Position numbers and translations under genes: made by a program | NCBI GenBank assembly: GCA_973895155.1 | Contig: OZ316897.1 | Location: 8,207,832 to 8,271,831 of the forward strand | DNA: 64,000 nt | Direction: 5' to 3' | From: Marsupella aquatica | Lineage: Eukaryota > Plantae > Marchantiophyta | Part shown: piece by piece, positions 11,101 through 24,565 of the stretch | How the letters are laid out: every line of letters starts with the position of its first letter | Numbering within the stretch: the stretch's first letter is position 1 | The notes under the pieces: model-generated | What the model was told of the DNA's origin: nothing | Database searches by the model: none | Seen by the model: only the letters and a program-made list of their open reading frames with translations

Positions 11101-14100
11101 GGCAGGACAGGGTACTAGCCTAGTAGGGTGGGATACGGAGGAAGGCTGCAGGGCAGCGTGAGACGTCGCCTGGCAGTAAAACCAGAGGCAGCGTATGGTA
11201 GGATTGGGATACGGAGGCAGGGCAGGGCAGGCGGGGCAGGGTAAGTAATAATAGGATGGGATACTGGACGGACAGAGGGCAGGGGCTGTCACAACAGTGA
11301 ACAGTGCCTGGGTTGCTCTTGCGGCGGAGTTCAAAAAAGCATGATGATGAAGTTTTTCGACTGCTGCCCGGTACTGCAGTCCACTCCATTGCCCGCCTTC
11401 GAATAAAACCACACACACAGAAACTAGACAAGAAAAACATCACGTATTTTGTGAGGCTGCTGCCCGCCCCCGCTCCCCCCCCCCCCCCTCTGCTCGCTGG
11501 TCATGCTGCTGCAGTCCCCCACTCCATTGCCCGTTCTCTGCGCCTCTGCTTACCGTGATTAGTACTTATTTACTGCCGTCGCTGCCCCACAAGGTCCTCC
11601 CTAGTCCTGTGAGAGTAGTCCCACTCACAGCTGTTTCTCTGTGTGGCGGGCAGGCTCCTCATGCCGCATACCGAAAAAGAAAGGTGCGTGCCTCTGCGCC
11701 CCCTTCCTTTCTGCCCGCTGCTTCCCTCCCTCCCTCCCTCCCGAGTCCCCTCCCCTCCCCTCCCCTCGGGCACGGTGCCAAAAATAATTCGCGTGTGTCG
11801 ACCCCGAAAAGAGATATGCGAGGCTCTCCTCAATTAATGAGTTGCTGTCGTGCCAAACAAAAATGACAAACGGGCAGAGTGAGATACGTGAGAAGGTCAG
11901 TCTCGGGAACGGGCACCCAATAATTACCGATTCGCTTCCTCTGTTCCTCACTATGCCTTAAGCGTTTCTCCACCACTGCCCAAGATTTGGATGCGGAATG
12001 CCCAAGATTGGAGAAAGGAGCTGGAAGGGCTCAACCCCACGTCGACCCCTTCAGGTCAGGAAGCCATAGCCTGGAGGTATAAGTTTCGTTTAACCCCCAA
12101 ACCAAAGTTTTCTCTCAATCAACCCAAAGGATAGACTTGATGTACCTCTTAATTTTGGAAAGGGTTACTTGATGGAGCCCATCAGATCTTATCAGATTTT
12201 GGGTAAGTTGATTTAAGTACTATCAACGGCCTACATCATTCATGGGTCCGTCAAGTAACACTTTTCATGTTGGGGTCTATCAAGTATCTCTCTCGAACCA
12301 ACCCCATGAGATTTGGAGTACATTGATTTAAGGTCTATCAAGATATCTCAATTGTCTAGATCACTCTTGGGGTCTATCAAGTAACACTTTTTAATTTAGG
12401 GTCCATTAAGTATATATCTCTCAGAGCCTCTCATAGATTTTATGTTAGTTTCAGCGAAACATTGGTAAGGTATGGGGTAAACCCATGACCCCAAGGTGCC
12501 TAAGAGATGTAATATCTGGGGATGGTTAGCCCAGGGGGTTAGAGCCATGGCCCCCAAGCCCGCATGCAGATTTACTCTATTTATGACCTAAAAATTGTGC
12601 CTGAAATTGGATAACCCTCCAGGCAGACTACCCTTAGGAGTGGTAATCTCGTAACCCCCAGGCCAGACTGGCAGGGGCTGATGGCTCATTGCCACCCATA
12701 GAAATACAATGAGGAAAATCCACTAGGGGTTTTTTTTAATCTCATCTGTTTCCTTTTTGTGCAAATTAGTTTTCTCGAATTTGCTACCAGGTGAAGTGCC
12801 TGTGTGAACTATACAGAGAGGTTGTAAGGAAATTGATGAGTTATATATTCACCATAATCAACAGTCCAGAAATGACCATACCTAGATCTAACGGTCATAA
12901 AGTGATCATACAAACTTCTTGGAGCCTTCTCAAGTTGCAACTTTTGTGTAAAGCTGGGATTTGTACAGAAAGAATTTCCCACATCAGCTGACTGAAAAAA
13001 AACCAGCAAACTTCAGGTTTGAGGCGCCCTAATAAAGCACAAACAAAAGCTAGGGTAAGGGGCTACGGTCTAGATCAAAGTCTAGACCATGACTCTGGAA
13101 ACATATCTAACTTCCGGGTGGAACTTGATAAGGGCAGGATGGTACTCATCATCTCTTTACTAGCAATGTGTTCAGCATGGAGGTTAGTATCCTTGCTAGT
13201 ACATTGTGATTTGCAATCAAAATCTATGCAATCAAAATCTATGGTTCATGACCTGTTGCAAAAATGATGCCATAGGTCCTTATTTATATGGTAACCAAAA
13301 GTTCTGATATTAGGATCATGCTTATGAGTAGGAATGGGTATGGAGAGCCCTTCATATGCACACCTACTAGTGCTGGTGGATTGTAACCCTCAAAGGTGGT
13401 AAGCAGAGGGGGTTACAGGCTATGGCCCCCAAACACTGCATGGATTCCCTACCAGAGCTTGCCTTCCATTGAACCATTGGGACATAGGGTTAACTCAGAC
13501 CATAATTAATTATCAAAATTTTCAATCCCTTGGAAAATAATTAGGTCATATTTGAGAAAACTTGGCAAAATTTCTACAACACACATTTTAGGATTAATGT
13601 AAGCATTTTTATGCAAACACTGGCTTTTCAGAATATACCCTTTTGAAAGTAAAAAATAAAATCTAGAGAAACTATTTAAGTCACTATGCTCTAATTTGAA
13701 GAGAAAAATAGAACATTTTGTGCAGGGCACGCGCAAACCTGATCATCTTCCAGTATTTTTCCTTTCAGCAAAAAGTTGTACTAGCATAACCCATCTCCTC
13801 ATAGAAGTATGGATTGTAATCCCCTAAAACGAGGAAGTAAAATAAGGGGTTTACAACACAGAAGTAGAGGATCCTCTTTATTTCATGACTTTTATAAAGT
13901 AAGATATATAGGTCATTTATCATTCAAAATTGAAATTAATATAGAAATGCATACAGAACATTCTCTTTATATGATATGGGAATGGGGAGAGAGTTTTAAT
14001 TAGGTTAGGATGGCACATGATATTTGAAAATAGAGTGCTAGGCGACCCCTTGCTCTTTATCCTAATGACCATCTTCAACCATCCCACATAGCTTTGTTAG

Positions 14101-14944
14101 GAATCAATCTTACAAAAGCGCCTATCTCACTGACCAAATTTTCTTCATCTGATTTCTGGTTCAAATCATGGTTTAAGCTCCACAGGGGTTGGGTTGTTGT
14201 TTGGAACTTACTATATTCTTGATAACAGCAAGGGTTATCCCAATAATTGATTCTGTCACTAACACCACCTAAAAAGTAGTATATAGTTGTATTTGCTTTG
14301 ATTGGTTGGGGAAGACACAACCTTTCATATCAACCTGAAGATTTTCCATTTGGACTCTTTCCCCATTATACGAATTAAAGGACATCTCTGAGTAGGGTCA
14401 CTCTGGAATTTTTCCTGCTCGTCACACTTCTACATTAACACACCCCATTATTTTTTCTTGCATTTTCAATCCAAGACAATGCCTTGTTCCACAGACAATC
14501 TATAAATTTTCAGTTTTAGTAGTTTTAACAATCTATAGTCCTTGCTCTGAGCCCTGTTTCTCTGTTTAGTTTTGCTCCCATACTTACCTCCTAAAACCTA
14601 CAAGTCATTGTTATAAGGGTAGGGTTTTATGTGTTACAAACAATAATCGGATGAGATCATGCTGAACACCATGAGAAGATACAAATTCAAGAATTCTCCT
14701 CTCAAAGATATGTGTGACAATCCATGCCCACATAATTTTAAGGAGACAGACGGTCCATGCTCTGCTAATTTAAAGCATAATTGGTCCCATACCCAACTAA
14801 GGGTAGCAATAGACCCACGCTTGGCACATGTGAGATTGTAACCATGAGCAGAGTGGTTGACGAAAGAATTCACAGGCGTAATCTACCTGCTAGAAAAAAA
14901 TTGTGATATTTAGACTATACTTGAAAATAGGGAAGCGCATGAGC

Positions 14945-15220
14945 CAGTGTATTTTTTTAAGGTTTTTACTTTGTCACCAGAGTGGCGAATGTCGTTGTGT
15001 GAAGGAGAAGATGCTCAAAAGATTTCTTATCTGATTATTTCCTAACCATCAGATCTCCCTAGATTTAAAGATGACCGTTAGATTCTGGCTAATGGGACCT
15101 GTTATAAGGTAGGTCACTGACTAATGAGACACACAAGTACTAGCAACTTTTTGCCAAAAATGGCAATTGCTTTTGGGGGAGGTGGAATCTGGCAAATTTT
15201 TGCCACCAAAAAAAGCGCTG
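14945..15220. mobile_element. hAT-type MITE, 276 bp
   Basis: Imperfect TIRs CAGTGTATTTTTT / AAAAAAAGCGCTG; 8-bp TSD gcatgagc (14937-14944) / acatgagc (15221-15228), 7/8 match; related partial copy at ~26000-26180. Confidence 0.7.
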
Positions 15221-16849
15221 ACATGAGCAGTCAGGGTGCAGGGAGCTTTCGCCGTGCATAAGCATGGCCAAAAGAATAGTGGCTTAGTTTCTAGTTATGC
15301 TCAGACTGAACGCAAAGAATCATTGGGACTGAGCATAGAATTTTTGGAGGAATTAAGAGGGGACTGACTCCACATACTCTCCCCACTCACCATGATTTGG
15401 AAGGGACCCACCCCAACTCCTGATTCCCCACATAGTATAAAAGTAAGTTCTTTGCAATAGCCATTCCTCAATAGTTTTTATGCTGTCCAGATCATTCTCC
15501 ACTAAAACATTCCCATGCACGTACAATGGAGTCATGCATTTCTGGCTGGCAATTGGCTTTGTTCGATTGCTATGGTTGTCTTATATAAGAAAGAAGCTAG
15601 TTTAGTCTTCAGTTTTCCCGAGAGAGCATGAATGCATGATGCATGGAAGCATTTTGGGGGCTTGAGGACTTGCTCATTTCCCTACTAACTAATCATTGAG
15701 TGCATCATCAGCAGGGTTGGTTTTATCCCCTCTAGACCCCACCTTCTCGTAAGCAATAATCATAAGTACCAAGCTGAAGTCCTACGAATGACATCATTGA
15801 AGAGCCCTCAGTCCCTCTCTCTAAATCTGAAAAGATATTCTCTCCCTCTCTAGCTCTCAGAGGATGTTGCCTCATTCCCTTTTGTCCTTCATAGAATTTA
15901 ATAGAAAATGCCACAATGCACATGTGGATGACGGCCCATAGCAGACTGGACTGGACTACTCCTACTACTGGAGTGCAAATTCGAGTGAGTATCTTTGGTT
16001 AAATTGGATGCAGCTTTTACTGCATTTCATTCCATCTACAGTACTCGTTCCCATGCACACACTCTCACTAGGAGATTGGGAGTTCCTTCTGATTTTTTTG
16101 GATAGACTAACATGTTTCATCATTCCCATCATTTTGAAGTACTGTCAGCTGAATTCTCATGATTTGTGAAATCATCACACTTCAAAATAAGGGGTTTGTC
16201 ATCCTTTGGTAGAGTTTGGGTGTTGTTTGCTTTGGATTTTGACTTCCCACATTCAGATTGGATGTTCCTGGAAAACTCATTTATTCAACCCCTTGGATCC
16301 CCACTCTAGATGCTGCCCTTAGGTGATAGGAGAGTGAACTCCAATTTTTCTAAGTGTAAAATAGTTTTGTGTGCAAAGGGCTTTCTGGTGAAACCCACTT
16401 TGGGATGGAGGTTTTGTGCAAATCTCATGAAATTATGAAGCTTCACCTCAGAAAATCACTGCCACAATGAAACTACTACCGCTGGGCAGGGATCAGTGAT
16501 TTTGAGCAGACTCTCCACTTATGTACATCCAGGTACCGCAGGTAATATGAAGACATACACCCAAATATCTTCATCTTCTTATTGAACATTGTCATCACCA
16601 CATGCCTCAAAATCCCTAATGACTCATGACCCCCCAATGATTTGAAAGGACTCATAACACTAACCTTTCTCCAATGAAGGTTTTTGTTGACATTAATATT
16701 AAATGGAGTGGGAGTGATTGAAGACCTGATTGTCGGTTGCTTCACACCATAAATTCGCATATCCTTCCAGCTCAGCTATGGCAAGTTGAAGCATTCAAGC
16801 TAGCCTGTTTAGTGCAAGTGTGAAACTATAAAAATAAAACACTCATGTG

Positions 16850-17191
16850 TGTTAGGTATTACTCAAGGTCTAGGGTTACGATATGTAACCATAGCTAAGC
16901 TAACCATAGTCGGAGACGTGGTTAGGTTAACTACGATGCACACTATATGCCAAACGGTGTTTGTTTGGATTAGTGGAACTTTAGCTCATTGTTATGGAGC
17001 CACTTGAGAGATGAAGAGAGCTTACACTGTGGAGACTTGGTATAGCCAACGGGCTTAGAGTTCAGTAAAGCTCTCTTGTGTGTTCCCGTGGACGTAGCCT
17101 TGAGGAGGGGAACTATGTATCTCTTGTGTTGACTACTTGCGCGTTGAATGTGTCATGTGCTTACCGTTGTGATTGTCGTCTATGCTCAACA
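16850..17191 (+). mobile_element. Solo LTR (copia-like), 342 bp
   Basis: TGTTAG...CTCAACA termini; perfect 5-bp TSD ATGTG (16845-16849 / 17192-17196); gtggacgtagcc motif shared with the other LTRs here. Confidence 0.85.
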
Positions 17192-17450
17192 ATGTGTGTC
17201 TGGGTAGCACAATAACCCTCAAAAATAGAAAATCTATTTATGTTGGCCCACAAGACAATCTAGCTGCACTTTCTCTATGATGTGTAGACACTCAGTGAGG
17301 ATGGAAATTGAGGAAGGTTGATGGTTCTGAAGCCTGACTGCAGAATCCAGTGCCTCTCTCTCCCTCAAAAGGCATGCGGGTAATGAATGATTTGAACTGC
17401 ACCCATTTGTGAATGAGCCCCAGACCCATGACTTTGGTATAAAAGCCATG

Positions 17451-18146
17451 TGTTAAGTAAACAACTGTTACTCATAAGATACCATGCACATGTGCCTTAT
17501 ATCCAACAAACACGCAAGCAGTCAAAACAATATATACGTGGTTCACCTCACCAGAGGCTATATATGTATATCCATGGGAACACATGTTAAGGATTGCTCT
17601 TAGTCTTGTGACTCAAAGGTTACGGCACTTAGGCTAACCACAGTTAGGGTCTTAGCTGAGGTTAGGTTAGTCGTGTGTGACCTTGTATATACCAGGGCTA
17701 GTGTAAGCCGCTGGTGAGTGTGCTTACTCATTGTAACGGAGCAACTTGAGGAAGAGGAAGAGCATGTGTGTTCGTTTACTCTTGAAGTAAAGCTTGAGTG
17801 TTCGTGTGGACGTAGCCTTGGAGAAGAGATGAACCACGTAGAGATTGTGTCGACTACGTGTGCATGGAATAAATCATGGTTGTATGGTCGTTGCGAATGA
17901 CGTCTTAGTTCAACAACACACAATAGAGTTTTATTGAACTCTAAGCTTGTTCGCCATACCAAATCTCACACATAATGAGCTCTCTTATCTCCCAATTGAC
18001 TCTGTCACAATGAGCCTAAGTTTCACTCACTAAGTCCTGCTAGTGAGTATAGTTGTGCACACCTAATTGTAACAAAACACCTGACTACGGTTTGACTATT
18101 AATTGCATTTACATAGTAACTCTATACCTAAGACTAAATGTCTACA
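17451..18146 (-). mobile_element. Older degenerate LTR, inverted, related to 16850-17191 and split by a younger solo LTR
   Basis: With 17585-17915 removed, the reverse complement reads gcttagagttcaataaaactctattgtgtgttcccatgga...gaaccacgta, collinear with 17053-17120. Ends approximate; TSD not clean (ccatg / ccagt). Confidence 0.65.
17585..17915 (+). mobile_element. Solo LTR (copia-like), 331 bp
   Basis: TGTTAA...TTCAACA termini; perfect TSD ACACA (17580-17584 / 17916-17920); gtggacgtagcc...gaaccacgta motif. Confidence 0.85.
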
Positions 18147-19708
18147 CCAGTTGTAAAATTCTTCAAACAATCAAGCAAGTCCAAATAAGAGTGCCCCTCC
18201 ACAGCTTTGTCCAACAAGCTTGCCACCTCTTAGAAGTCTCAGCCCTGGTCTTGCTCCATCTCTGATTCTTCTTTTCAATATTCAGGCCTAGGTTGTACAA
18301 CATCGCATTCAGCTGAGCATTGGAAAGCTAAGATCCAGCACAGGCTGTCCAGCTCCTTCCCAAGTCCATGCTTCAACCAGCTGAATGGGACCTGTGCATG
18401 AGCCTTTGCTCAAGCCAATCATACCCAAATGGAATGGAATTTCCTTCTTCACCCTGGAATTGGCACACCGCCAAAGCCTGTGCCACAGGCCTCTTCCAAA
18501 GCCTTCCACTCCTTAGCCTCGTTCCTCAAATGTCCCACTGGTCATACCAACACAAACCATGAATGGTTCACCCATGCGGATTTGGGTTCTCCGAGACCAC
18601 CCTTAACAAGTAGGGTTGGTACACATTGCATGCATATGTGATTAAAGTGGGTTAGGTTCAGATCAAGATAATTGTCCATTTGCATGGTTGTTTGTCTCAC
18701 CCATTCACTTGCCCACGAGACAATATTCTCTTCAATCGTGCATTCATATTTTGCTCAATAAATAGTCTTATGTTACCAAACCTGTTTACATTCCTTTGGC
18801 TTATTCCCAATTGTGGACTGCTTGGTCTCTATCCTTGGAGTTTTTACTGGCACAAAATATATTCTGGACACCAAAAAACTACAGTATTTCCTTTGTTGTG
18901 GCTTCTCATATTGTATACTCAAGTAAAGTATATGTTTGATGGGCCCTTAAAATGAAAGGTGTTATTTCATGGAAGGCTTGAGTGATCCAAACCGTTGTTG
19001 ATATACATTAAATCAACCTACCCAAAACTTTATGGAGTTACTTGGGGAAAAACTCTGGTTTGGGGTCCATCACGAAAATACATCGTATTCAAGTACAAGG
19101 AATGTGAATTTTTAAATTCAAGGTTAACAAATATGACGGTGACCAAAGAGTGCCCCACTTTTCAAGGTCCTTTCCAGCACTAACATTTCAGTGCTGCTTG
19201 GCCCTGACGTGGACACACTTGAGTACTCTACCACTTTTTGTCTATGGACTTTCAACTAACACCACTTTATGGCAACAGTCTACCCTTCACTTTTTATGAT
19301 GCTCATCTACCTTTTGGGGCCACCCTCCACTATACCACCTTTCTATGACATAACACTTCACTAAAAAACATTTTTCTATGACCAAGCCAAGCCATTCCAT
19401 GCCTTTCGTCTGGTCGAAATCACCGATGTGTTAATTATTCACTTTCATCCGACAAAGATATATGCGAAAAGATTTCTTGTCGTTTTTCAATAATTTATCT
19501 TGCATTATAAATATTGGTTTTTGATTAGTATATACGTAATATATATGCAAAAGTGCTGTAGGTCTAATGCAGTCGATTGCAGAGATCAAAGGACGAATGG
19601 CGAGGCAGTGAAGAATCCCAGATTCAAGCCTCACACCACTCATGAATGAAGAGATCCACCTGGTTCTCCTGGTGTTTCTTCCCACCCCATGCCACGTTTT
19701 TGTTCTTA

Positions 19709-19832
19709 TCTGCATTCTCCATTCCCTTACTATAAAGCAAAGTGCCGAACGACAATTCTCCATCTCCTTACTATAAAGCAGCCAAAGGACAATTCTCCAT
19801 TTCCTTACTATAAAGCAAAGTGCTGAAGGACA
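19709..19832. repeat. Short tandem repeat, 3 units of ~40 bp (attctccat..ccttactataaagca)
   Basis: Visible directly in the sequence. Confidence 0.8.
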
Positions 19833-21490
19833 AAGAAGCCCAAACCAGGAGACAGGATCCCAAAGGCGGAAGACCCAATACTTGACTTGGCCCTTGGTTG
19901 TTTCATGTTCACTAGCCTCGAATACCTGTTATTTTAACGTGAATAGCGGGGAGTACAATAAAAATGTCACCAAATATATTTCTTATTCACATTTTCTGAA
20001 GGTTAATGAAATGATAAAAAATCATTATACATATAATTATTTTAATAATCATATATAACACACTATATTCTTTTCTATGCACATCCATCTTTCTATGTAC
20101 ATATATGTTATGATGACCATAAAGACCAATTTTTAACGTGAATAAAAATTATGACAAAAAATATACATATTTATTATTTGACATATATCATGACCATGAA
20201 TTTTATCATCTATATGATGAGCCATGGAATTAAGGTCTAGAGAGTTCAATCTAGAAATCTAGACCTCAACTCTAATTTTATAAATAAGATACTCTTTTGG
20301 CTCCATTTTTCACTAGCAGAAACACCCATTTATATTTACGGTAAGGGATCCAAGTACCCAGAATCCCCTGGCCTACCTCTACACAAAATTAGGGCCTATG
20401 GTTTCACTCTATGTAATAAACCCATAAATGGTAGGTTTCCATTACAAAGTATGGTATAAATTTGGCCCTTGTGCCTTTTCTTGCACGTAAAACAATACAC
20501 CTCTTTTGCTTTTATTCCTTTCTACTTTGTGTTCTCTTTCGCTTTCTCATTTGGCCCTTGTGTCTTCAGCAAGTAAAACAATGTACAGTACATCTTTTGC
20601 TTTTACTCTAGTATACTCTGTGTTGCTCTTTTAGGAAACTGATCCTCTTTCTCTTCCCTTTTGGTCTCTGCCCCCCTGTTTGCACAATTGTGGTTCTAGG
20701 GCAGGTTTCCCTTCTTTTTCCGAAAAAGAAATTAGTGATCCATTGTTTTTCTGGATAGATCATCCTGACAAAAACCTTTGCCATCTTTGGCCAGTTGAAA
20801 CATTTGTTTGGGTCCCATTAGCCAGTTTCCTATCAAGCCACACTGGCATATTAGCTAATATGTGAGTACTGTCTTTAAATCATCGATTTTTGCAGCTCAG
20901 ATGGACCGTGTTTTATTATTCCAATGTCACAGAAAATAGTTCTAATTACTTCATACAGATAATGTTATTTCTCTATACGGTCCATGGGAACATGGTTTCC
21001 AAAAAACGATGCAAAACATACCTACAAAAGTTAAATACATATATTTATAGGAAATACTTTCAGATTCTGCTCAACACAAACAACTGTGACGCCGATTTGT
21101 GTCGGAGATCCTTTTTTTTAATCAAGGGAGATCTAATCAAAAAGATATCTGTCAAATTCAAATAAAATAGGTGAAAAAAATATATATTTTACATGTCCTT
21201 CTTGACACAAAGCAACAGTCGTCACCTGGGGGATAAAATTTATTTAAGAGATTCCTCGAAATCTCTGCTGACCCGCTCAATTGCACCATCACTCACTTTG
21301 ACAGCCAGGATCAGGGAAACTGAGCTGAACGACAGAGAGCAATTATATGCATAATGGTAGTTAATTATTGGGAGGCTGTAAGTTAGTAAACTGTGCAGGG
21401 CCCATAAAGGTTTATGTCCCCTTCTGTCACAACAATAACAAGAGAGCTGGTGGCGGTACTACTGCCAGGGCCCAGGGCTAGGCTATGCCT

Positions 21491-24400
21491 ATGTGTAGGC
21501 CCACTTACTTTGGCTTAATGAGCGTCCTGACCAGACACTTTACGGCATGGCACGGTTCTCCCTGATCTGGTCTGATTATTTTTCTTTTCAAAATAAGGGG
21601 GAATCTGGCCTGATAACTATTGAAAGCCTGGCTTCCAAGGAAATCTGAAGTGAGGGCTGGAGTAATTAACTATAGTGTTATCTCGGTTTACGCAAAATAT
21701 ATATGTTTATTTATTGCAATTTAACACTAGATGAACATAATAGTTTAGAGTAATTCGAAGGCCCCAGGACCATGAGGTTGGTTTAAGAAACCTCCTGATC
21801 ACATTATTTCAAAATTTAAGTTTAATTATAATGACTTGATATCGAGTAAAAAGTTACATTAAAGTTTATAATGTAATTTTAAGCTGCTCGGGATGTTCAC
21901 GGCCGGATGGGTCCCACCGGGCCCCCGCTATCTGTTTTGATCACGCACTTTCGCTAACGCATTTCAGTCACCTTACAGCGTGCTCAAGCTCGGGCCGTCT
22001 ATCGTCGATCTCTAACAGTGGGTGCTAGTGTGACTCCGCAGCGGCTAGCCCCCCTAGCGGACATTCCTGTCCCACTTGCCGATCTAGTTTCGACACTTGA
22101 TGTAGACCACTAGCTTGTTGCCACATTTGCTAGGTATGATGAGGACCTCGGTCCATTTGCGGTAATTTTAGTTCCTCTTTCTTGGTTTTTAAAGGTTTCC
22201 TTTTGCTCACTTCTTTTAGTTCTTCTTTCTTGGTTTTTAGGGTTTCCTTTTGCTCACTTCTTTTGCGTTTGGTTTTGTCCACTTGGGACCTCTCTTGTTT
22301 ATTCTTTTGTACTCTATTTGGCCTTTTTCTGTAAAAAGTATGTGTATATTTCCATTTATAAACCACGAGAAAACAACAAAGTACAATGAGGAAAGAAAAA
22401 GTGGTCCAAAGAAAAAGAGTTCCAACCAGGAATAACACCAATTGCAAACCTAAAAATTTGAGAAAATAATAGGAAGAGTGTCAAACACTCCATGAGTGCG
22501 AACTCAAAGACTAGTTTACACATTTGAAAATGTGACAAGTGTTAATGTGCCATATCCAATGTACTAACTAAATCAGCAAGTGGAACAAGAATATACTCTA
22601 GGGGGCTAGTGTATGTGGAGGCATGGTGGCGCCCACTATGAGGGCCTGACAATAAATGGCGCAAGCTTGGGCACGCGGTTAGGCCACTGAAATGTGCTGA
22701 CAAAAGTGCATGGTCAAGATGGATAGTGGGGGTCCGGAGGTACCCATCCATCCGTGAATATCACAAGCAATCTGTCAACAAAGCCCATCAAACTGGTGAT
22801 GAAGATGCCCAAAAATCTCAATAGCGAGGGGGGAGGAAGGAATCTGATGAAGTTTGAGTGGTATATTTTGTCTCCTTTGTCGCGACCGCCTGGGATGCCC
22901 CTGCTCCTGCCATTGCTGCCGCTATCTCAATGAGGTCCTGATGCAAAGGGTTTGCTATCACAACATCCGCCAAAATATGTTGACATCACGGACCATGGTC
23001 AAATCAACCCGTAATCACTATGGTGGAGGACCAGGTAGCTCAAGCTTCACCTCCCTCTACACGTGTACCAAAGACCCAGAGAGAACTTGAGCAGGAGCAT
23101 CTCTCACAACATCATAAACCACTACATTTTTGCTTCCCAAACTGTATCGAATAAGATAGACCCATATGACATGACATACTTTATTGCAAGATGATCAAAA
23201 TGTAAGGTGAGACAAATGTGAATTGACAAGACCTTGTCAAAATATTTGCAATCTACTTGTTGTCAACCAAGTTTCTGGAGTTTATTACTCAATGTTGGTA
23301 TGTCATTTGAAGATCCATGGTGATGCTTGGCCAACATTTGGTCCATCGAGTGTTTGGGGATGAAAGGGAATAAATAATTGGCAAGCTCTCTCCTGCTCAA
23401 AAGTAGCAAGCCCCAAGAGAAAATGCAAGGCCACACTGCCGTCTCTTGAGAGATGCCAGCACATGATGGAAAATGAAAAATAATATTTTGACCTCCAGCC
23501 GCTCTATTGGCGGATGCCTGTTGCCAAACTGTGCCAGTGTATAGACTCACTTACTTTGGCTTAGTGAGAGTCCTGACCAGACTCTTCACGGGATGACAGA
23601 TTCTCCCTGATCTGGTCTAATTTATTTTATCATTATAGAACAAGGGGTAATCTGTGTAATTATTGAAAGCAGCAGGTTTCAGAGAAAATGTCAAATGAGG
23701 GCTGGCCTATTGGTTCACTGTGAAATTGAAGCCCCCATGAACCTAAATATTTGACAGAATGCTTGCATGGACCAGCCCCACCTGGATAGATTGCAGAAAA
23801 CCATGTTTGGAACTCAGATAACACTTTTCAATGTAAAATGTCCATAGACTCTGATTAGTAGTACCCTGGTCCACCTGGAATTCAAGGTTCATGCTTGGGA
23901 GGGGTTTGCTGTCCATTACTTTCAGTTTACCATGGTGCCTTTCAGGGGTTGAAAAAAAGCCATTGTAATTTTGGACCTGATGCAACATACTTGAGTGCTT
24001 TTGATATAAATCAAAATGGCAAAAGACAAAACTGCCAAACAGGGAGACAGGATCCCAAACACAAAGCAACCCAATAAAGAGAAAACTTCCACCAAAATTA
24101 TAAATCAGTAAAAAGCAAAGTACAATGAAGGGGGAAAAGTGAGGGGAAAAGACCCACAACAAACCACCAGGTCCAAACAGCCAAGGTTTCCCTTGCAACA
24201 ACAAGGAACAAAAACAAAGAACCTACAAAGAGTCGCCTAGAAGACTCAAAAGAATTTTGTGATGCAAACTTAATAATATTTAAAATAAATTTCTGTAAAC
24301 TCAGACTTTTTAGTGTATATTATTTCTGTAAAAAAATTTAATATTTCACACATATCTCGCGTTTTGGTAGTAGTGAAGGTAGGCTAGGCGCAGATGTATA

Positions 24401-24565
24401 GGCTCACTTATTTTGGCTTAGTGAGTGTCCTGGGCCAGACGCTTTATGGCATGACATGTATCTCCCTGATCTGGTGTAATTATTTTTTGATTTTAAAATA
24501 AGAGGGAACCTGGTCTGATTATTGAAAGGCTCGTGTTTGAGCAAATCTGAAATGAGGGCTGGCCT
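21491..24565. repeat. Three dispersed direct copies of a ~170-bp element (~21491-21660, ~23537-23706, ~24394-24565)
   Basis: Each reads cactta(c)tttggctta.tgag.gtcctg..ccagac.ctt.a.gg.atg.ca...tctccctgatctggt...attgaaag...a.tgagggctgg. Confidence 0.8.

Noticed and set aside
10173-11951. Numerous 60-160 aa ORFs in the GC-rich island
   Set aside because: Pro/Arg/Gly-rich products on both strands, as expected from GC-rich simple repeats.
18150-18650. Possible LINE zf-RVT remnant (LWHRLWRC...RVKK)
   Set aside because: One short motif with stops in the flanks; not enough to call.
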